Below are positions 58,301-60,237 of a stretch of 60,237 nt of DNA, piece by piece. The notes beneath the pieces were generated by a model that saw only the letters and a program-made list of their open reading frames with translations, was not told the origin of the DNA and made no database searches. Source of the DNA: Myxococcota bacterium (GTDB lineage Bacteria; Myxococcota; UBA4151); the NCBI GenBank assembly GCA_040260805.1, contig JBDQPD010000006.1, positions 1 to 60,237 on the forward strand. Reading direction: 5' to 3'. Numbering within the stretch: position 1 is the stretch's first letter; every line of letters begins with the position of its first letter. The position numbers were made by a program, and so were the translations under genes.

Positions 58301-58937
58301 CGCCCATTTCTATACAGGCGTCCTGTCTTATCAGCGCGGCGAGCTTGCGCTGGCATTGCAACATTACCAAAGCGCCGCGCAAGCTTATGAGGCTGCGAAC
58401 AACAACCTAGGCTTAGCCAATTGCACCAACGCCATGGGTAACCTCGCCCGACAGGAAGGTCGCTTCGAGGAGGCAAGTCAAGCTTTTCGGCAGGCGGTAG
58501 AGATCCATCAAAACATTGGCTCTGGTCATGATTTGCCGCCGATGATGAGCTTGGCGTTAGCGCATCTCGAGACCGGTAATATGGGCGCGGCGCGGTCCTT
58601 ATTAGAAGCAGGCTGTGGGCGCTGCCGCAGAGACGAAAAGAAGCATATGCTCGGGTGCGCATTAGCGTGCCTACTGCCATGCTATGCGAGCGCCGAAGAC
58701 TGGACCAACTGGGACACAGCGATCGAAGAATCTTCGACTCTTTTGGATGAGACGGGCGTTCTGAGCACCGACGTCGCATGGCCGGTCCAAAAAGCTGCAG
58801 AGTTAGCGCTCGCCGCCGGGGAAAATCAGCGCGCTGTTGCGGCTTATCAGATAGCGCTTAGACAGTGGATGGGTCTGGGTCGCGATCAAGAGGTCGGCCA
58901 AGTGATGGGAGCGATCGAGAGGTTAGTCGAGCACTAG
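55377..58937 (+). CDS. Ser/Thr protein kinase - P-loop NTPase - TPR multidomain protein
   Basis: GEGGMG, VAVK, HRDLKPDN, DFG, APE; Walker A GGPGSGKS; Walker B LWMDD; GNPLF; C-terminal TPRs. Confidence 0.92.
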   Translation: MHSLGPFDLIEPIGEGGMGTVWRGVHRAQQLPVAVKFVLSKEVATDNLMERFADEVRAVAGLEHSGIVTVFDYGRVPKALEESTNGLLVADSPWLAMELISGGTLRTAAPKSWEELRRCLNSILEALGSAHARGILHRDLKPDNVLFASTKDLREGLRLVDFGLAFLDEGQGEANEHKAAGTPRYMAPEQLLSHWRDFGPWTDLYALGCLGWQLATGATPFQNMRDFRQLLRAHLHLAPPAFRPLYKVPEGLEGWLRTLLAKRRSDRFPFAADALNALQALEQGETLEEKMEVEPSAAIDDLDLTIAEVPSAATVALGADPTLADDQTAPSLEIKTVDIPALEVPEPLITSLDETIPEMPDDWARDGEDQARLQMLGVGLGLFGLRHTSLVGRKSERSALWQALKQVRKSGKPKLVLLSGGPGSGKSRLADWMSHRSHETGAAITLRCNHDPQGNSKGGLQGMVNRYLHTSGLSREELEDRVAKQLDRQGVADAFELRALCDFLDAESEGSLTDLSMSIKFQTPEERMALMLRFLKRCAARRPVVLWMDDVQWGDEALFLARSLQSLADDERLPVLVLMTLRDDLIEDRPLEHQLLSELNHDAMLKLPIRPLPDVDQVALVEDMLGLEPKLARRVVARSQGNPLFAVQLVGDWVQRGVLQISTSGFILKPGTRAVIPQSIAQVWNERIDALLRELPAGSEQVLELGATLGLEVDRGEWEQVCALEGFELQSSLVEGLLKRRMAEHNGTLSGLRHAHGMLREALMNRASAAGRLKQHHKVCAQMLADKKSQLGISERQARHLIAAGLHFDALVPLLTAASERRASSDLRQAIRLLDIHEKAANLEQLPLDDDYRLRAQILRSEILSIMGNTVESGEIAQTTLDLARKLDQRYLIGASLRVLGVSTMRSGHTQEAWEMFEEALSHLESIQADDLVVQTHLNLLNLSRHLGWWDQAKTHAEDSLRSAEELKSDLLIGNAHFYTGVLSYQRGELALALQHYQSAAQAYEAANNNLGLANCTNAMGNLARQEGRFEEASQAFRQAVEIHQNIGSGHDLPPMMSLALAHLETGNMGAARSLLEAGCGRCRRDEKKHMLGCALACLLPCYASAEDWTNWDTAIEESSTLLDETGVLSTDVAWPVQKAAELALAAGENQRAVAAYQIALRQWMGLGRDQEVGQVMGAIERLVEH

Positions 58938-60237
58938 TCAACCGGCGAGACGTAGACCAAGCCTAAGCACATCTCATCCGTCGTACCCTCGCCCCAGACC
59001 ACATCACGCGGCGCAATGCGCTGACCATCGACAACGGGCTGGCGCTCGGGGGTATTGTCCCACTCGCACTCGACCTTGAGTTGGTCGCCCGGGTTGAACC
59101 GAACCGGCTGCACGAGCTGGACGTCGCCTTGCCAATTGAAGTCCCAATCTTGAACATCCTCGAGGCAGGTCTCACCGCCGCCTGCTCGATCGATCGACAG
59201 GCGGATCTTCTTTCCGAGCGTGTGCATGTGTGTTCCGACGAGATGGATATCGAAAGCCTGGCGCCCCCCGAAAGGCCGGTTCGCTGCGGTCGGGTCGTAC
59301 ACGAAGGTGTGCTTTACGCCGGCTTCGCCTGCGGGGATGCTCATCGGCATGCGATTGCTGATCCAAAATGGGTTGGTCCAAGGCATCCAGATCGAGGGCT
59401 TCTCGACCGCATCATCGAGGCGAAACCGAATGCTGGTGCGGTCTGTTTCGGGCTCAATCCCAAGGGTATTGTAGTGCACCTGCATGGCGACCATCGAGCC
59501 GGGCCGAACGCGGATACCGGTGCCGGCTGGCAAGTCAGAGGCGAGGCCACCGGGCGCCCACGAGCCCATCCAATTGACACCGTCTCCGAGCTCACCAGGA
59601 CCACCAAAGCAGGTGTAACCCGGTCCATCTTCGGCGGCGTCACGAGCCTGGAAGCGCTCGACCAGCTCGGGCTCGATCAAAAAAGCGATCACGTGATGCA
59701 CCACCTTGGCGTTGCCTGGGTCCACCGCAAAGCCGGTGACAAAGCGCTCTTGATCCTCAGGCCATTCCATCAAAAAGCAGCGATAATCATCGGGGCTTTG
59801 GCGCGGCATATAATCGACAGGCATGGTCATCGTGACGTCGGTTCGGCTCAAGCCTGACTCGGGCACCACCGGGGCGACATAGTCAGCGACGTCGCCTTCG
59901 GGCGCGCCCTCATCAACCCAGTCCAAGATCGTCTGCTTCTGCGCGTCCGTCAGGCTGTAATCACCTTTGTACTCGTTGCAGTCTTCGGCGGCCTGCCAAG
60001 GCGGCATGGCGCCGCTGGCGACCGACGCAGCCACAGCATCTCGCAATGTATAAACCGACTCGTAGTCCGTGAGCTCAAAGGGTCCAATTTCGCCTTCTTG
60101 ATGGCAATTGGCGCAGCGCGACTCGACCAACGCACGGACATCCTTGTGCCAGGTAACGCCTGCCTCAACTGGGACTGTAGGTCCTGGTTCCGAGTCGAGC
60201 GTTGATGAAGAACAGCCTGTCAAAGCGATGCTAAGAA
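58934..60237 (-). CDS. Copper type II (PHM/DBH-like) monooxygenase lipoprotein with N-terminal c-type heme; 5' end lies beyond the window
   Basis: LSIALTGC lipobox at the window edge; CANCH plus MPPW; VVHHVI, QVHYN, THMH, DEMC copper-ligand motifs. Confidence 0.88.
   Translation of the reverse strand, partial: LSIALTGCSSSTLDSEPGPTVPVEAGVTWHKDVRALVESRCANCHQEGEIGPFELTDYESVYTLRDAVAASVASGAMPPWQAAEDCNEYKGDYSLTDAQKQTILDWVDEGAPEGDVADYVAPVVPESGLSRTDVTMTMPVDYMPRQSPDDYRCFLMEWPEDQERFVTGFAVDPGNAKVVHHVIAFLIEPELVERFQARDAAEDGPGYTCFGGPGELGDGVNWMGSWAPGGLASDLPAGTGIRVRPGSMVAMQVHYNTLGIEPETDRTSIRFRLDDAVEKPSIWMPWTNPFWISNRMPMSIPAGEAGVKHTFVYDPTAANRPFGGRQAFDIHLVGTHMHTLGKKIRLSIDRAGGGETCLEDVQDWDFNWQGDVQLVQPVRFNPGDQLKVECEWDNTPERQPVVDGQRIAPRDVVWGEGTTDEMCLGLVYVSPVD

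Overview
Gene-dense, moderately GC-rich bacterial chromosome segment. It is most consistent with a myxobacterium-like (Myxococcota) genome: DUF4215 Cys-rich repeat proteins, many lipoproteins, a Ser/Thr kinase-NTPase-TPR protein and a CsgA-like SDR. It holds about 55 CDSs and four tRNA genes. Recognisable blocks are purB; a yhhQ-folB-pteridine-reductase-like operon; a partial menaquinone operon (menF-menD-menA-menE-ispB-aroF-menG); iscS-thiI; phhB; xth; tRNA-His/Lys and tRNA-Pro/Arg; ald-moaB...rdgB; queF; an amgK-murU-deacetylase-acyltransferase-epimerase-corB run; a kynurenine (Trp catabolism) operon; two tandem DUF4215 proteins; msrB; a GH31 hydrolase; and a cytochrome c-fused copper monooxygenase. 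I saw no mobile element, prophage or CRISPR array. The best leads are: (1) an unannotated 23-aa polyproline leader ORF translationally coupled to a CorB/CNNM-type Mg2+ transporter gene; (2) a YhhQ transporter placed with folB and a TmpR-like pteridine reductase, suggesting pterin salvage; (3) two colinear 12-repeat Cys-rich lipoprotein stalks with unrelated C-terminal tips after a shared CYPPG junction; (4) an apparent ~8.3 kb inversion splitting a Pro-Arg-His-Lys tRNA cluster. All calls come from motif recognition by eye; no database searches were run.
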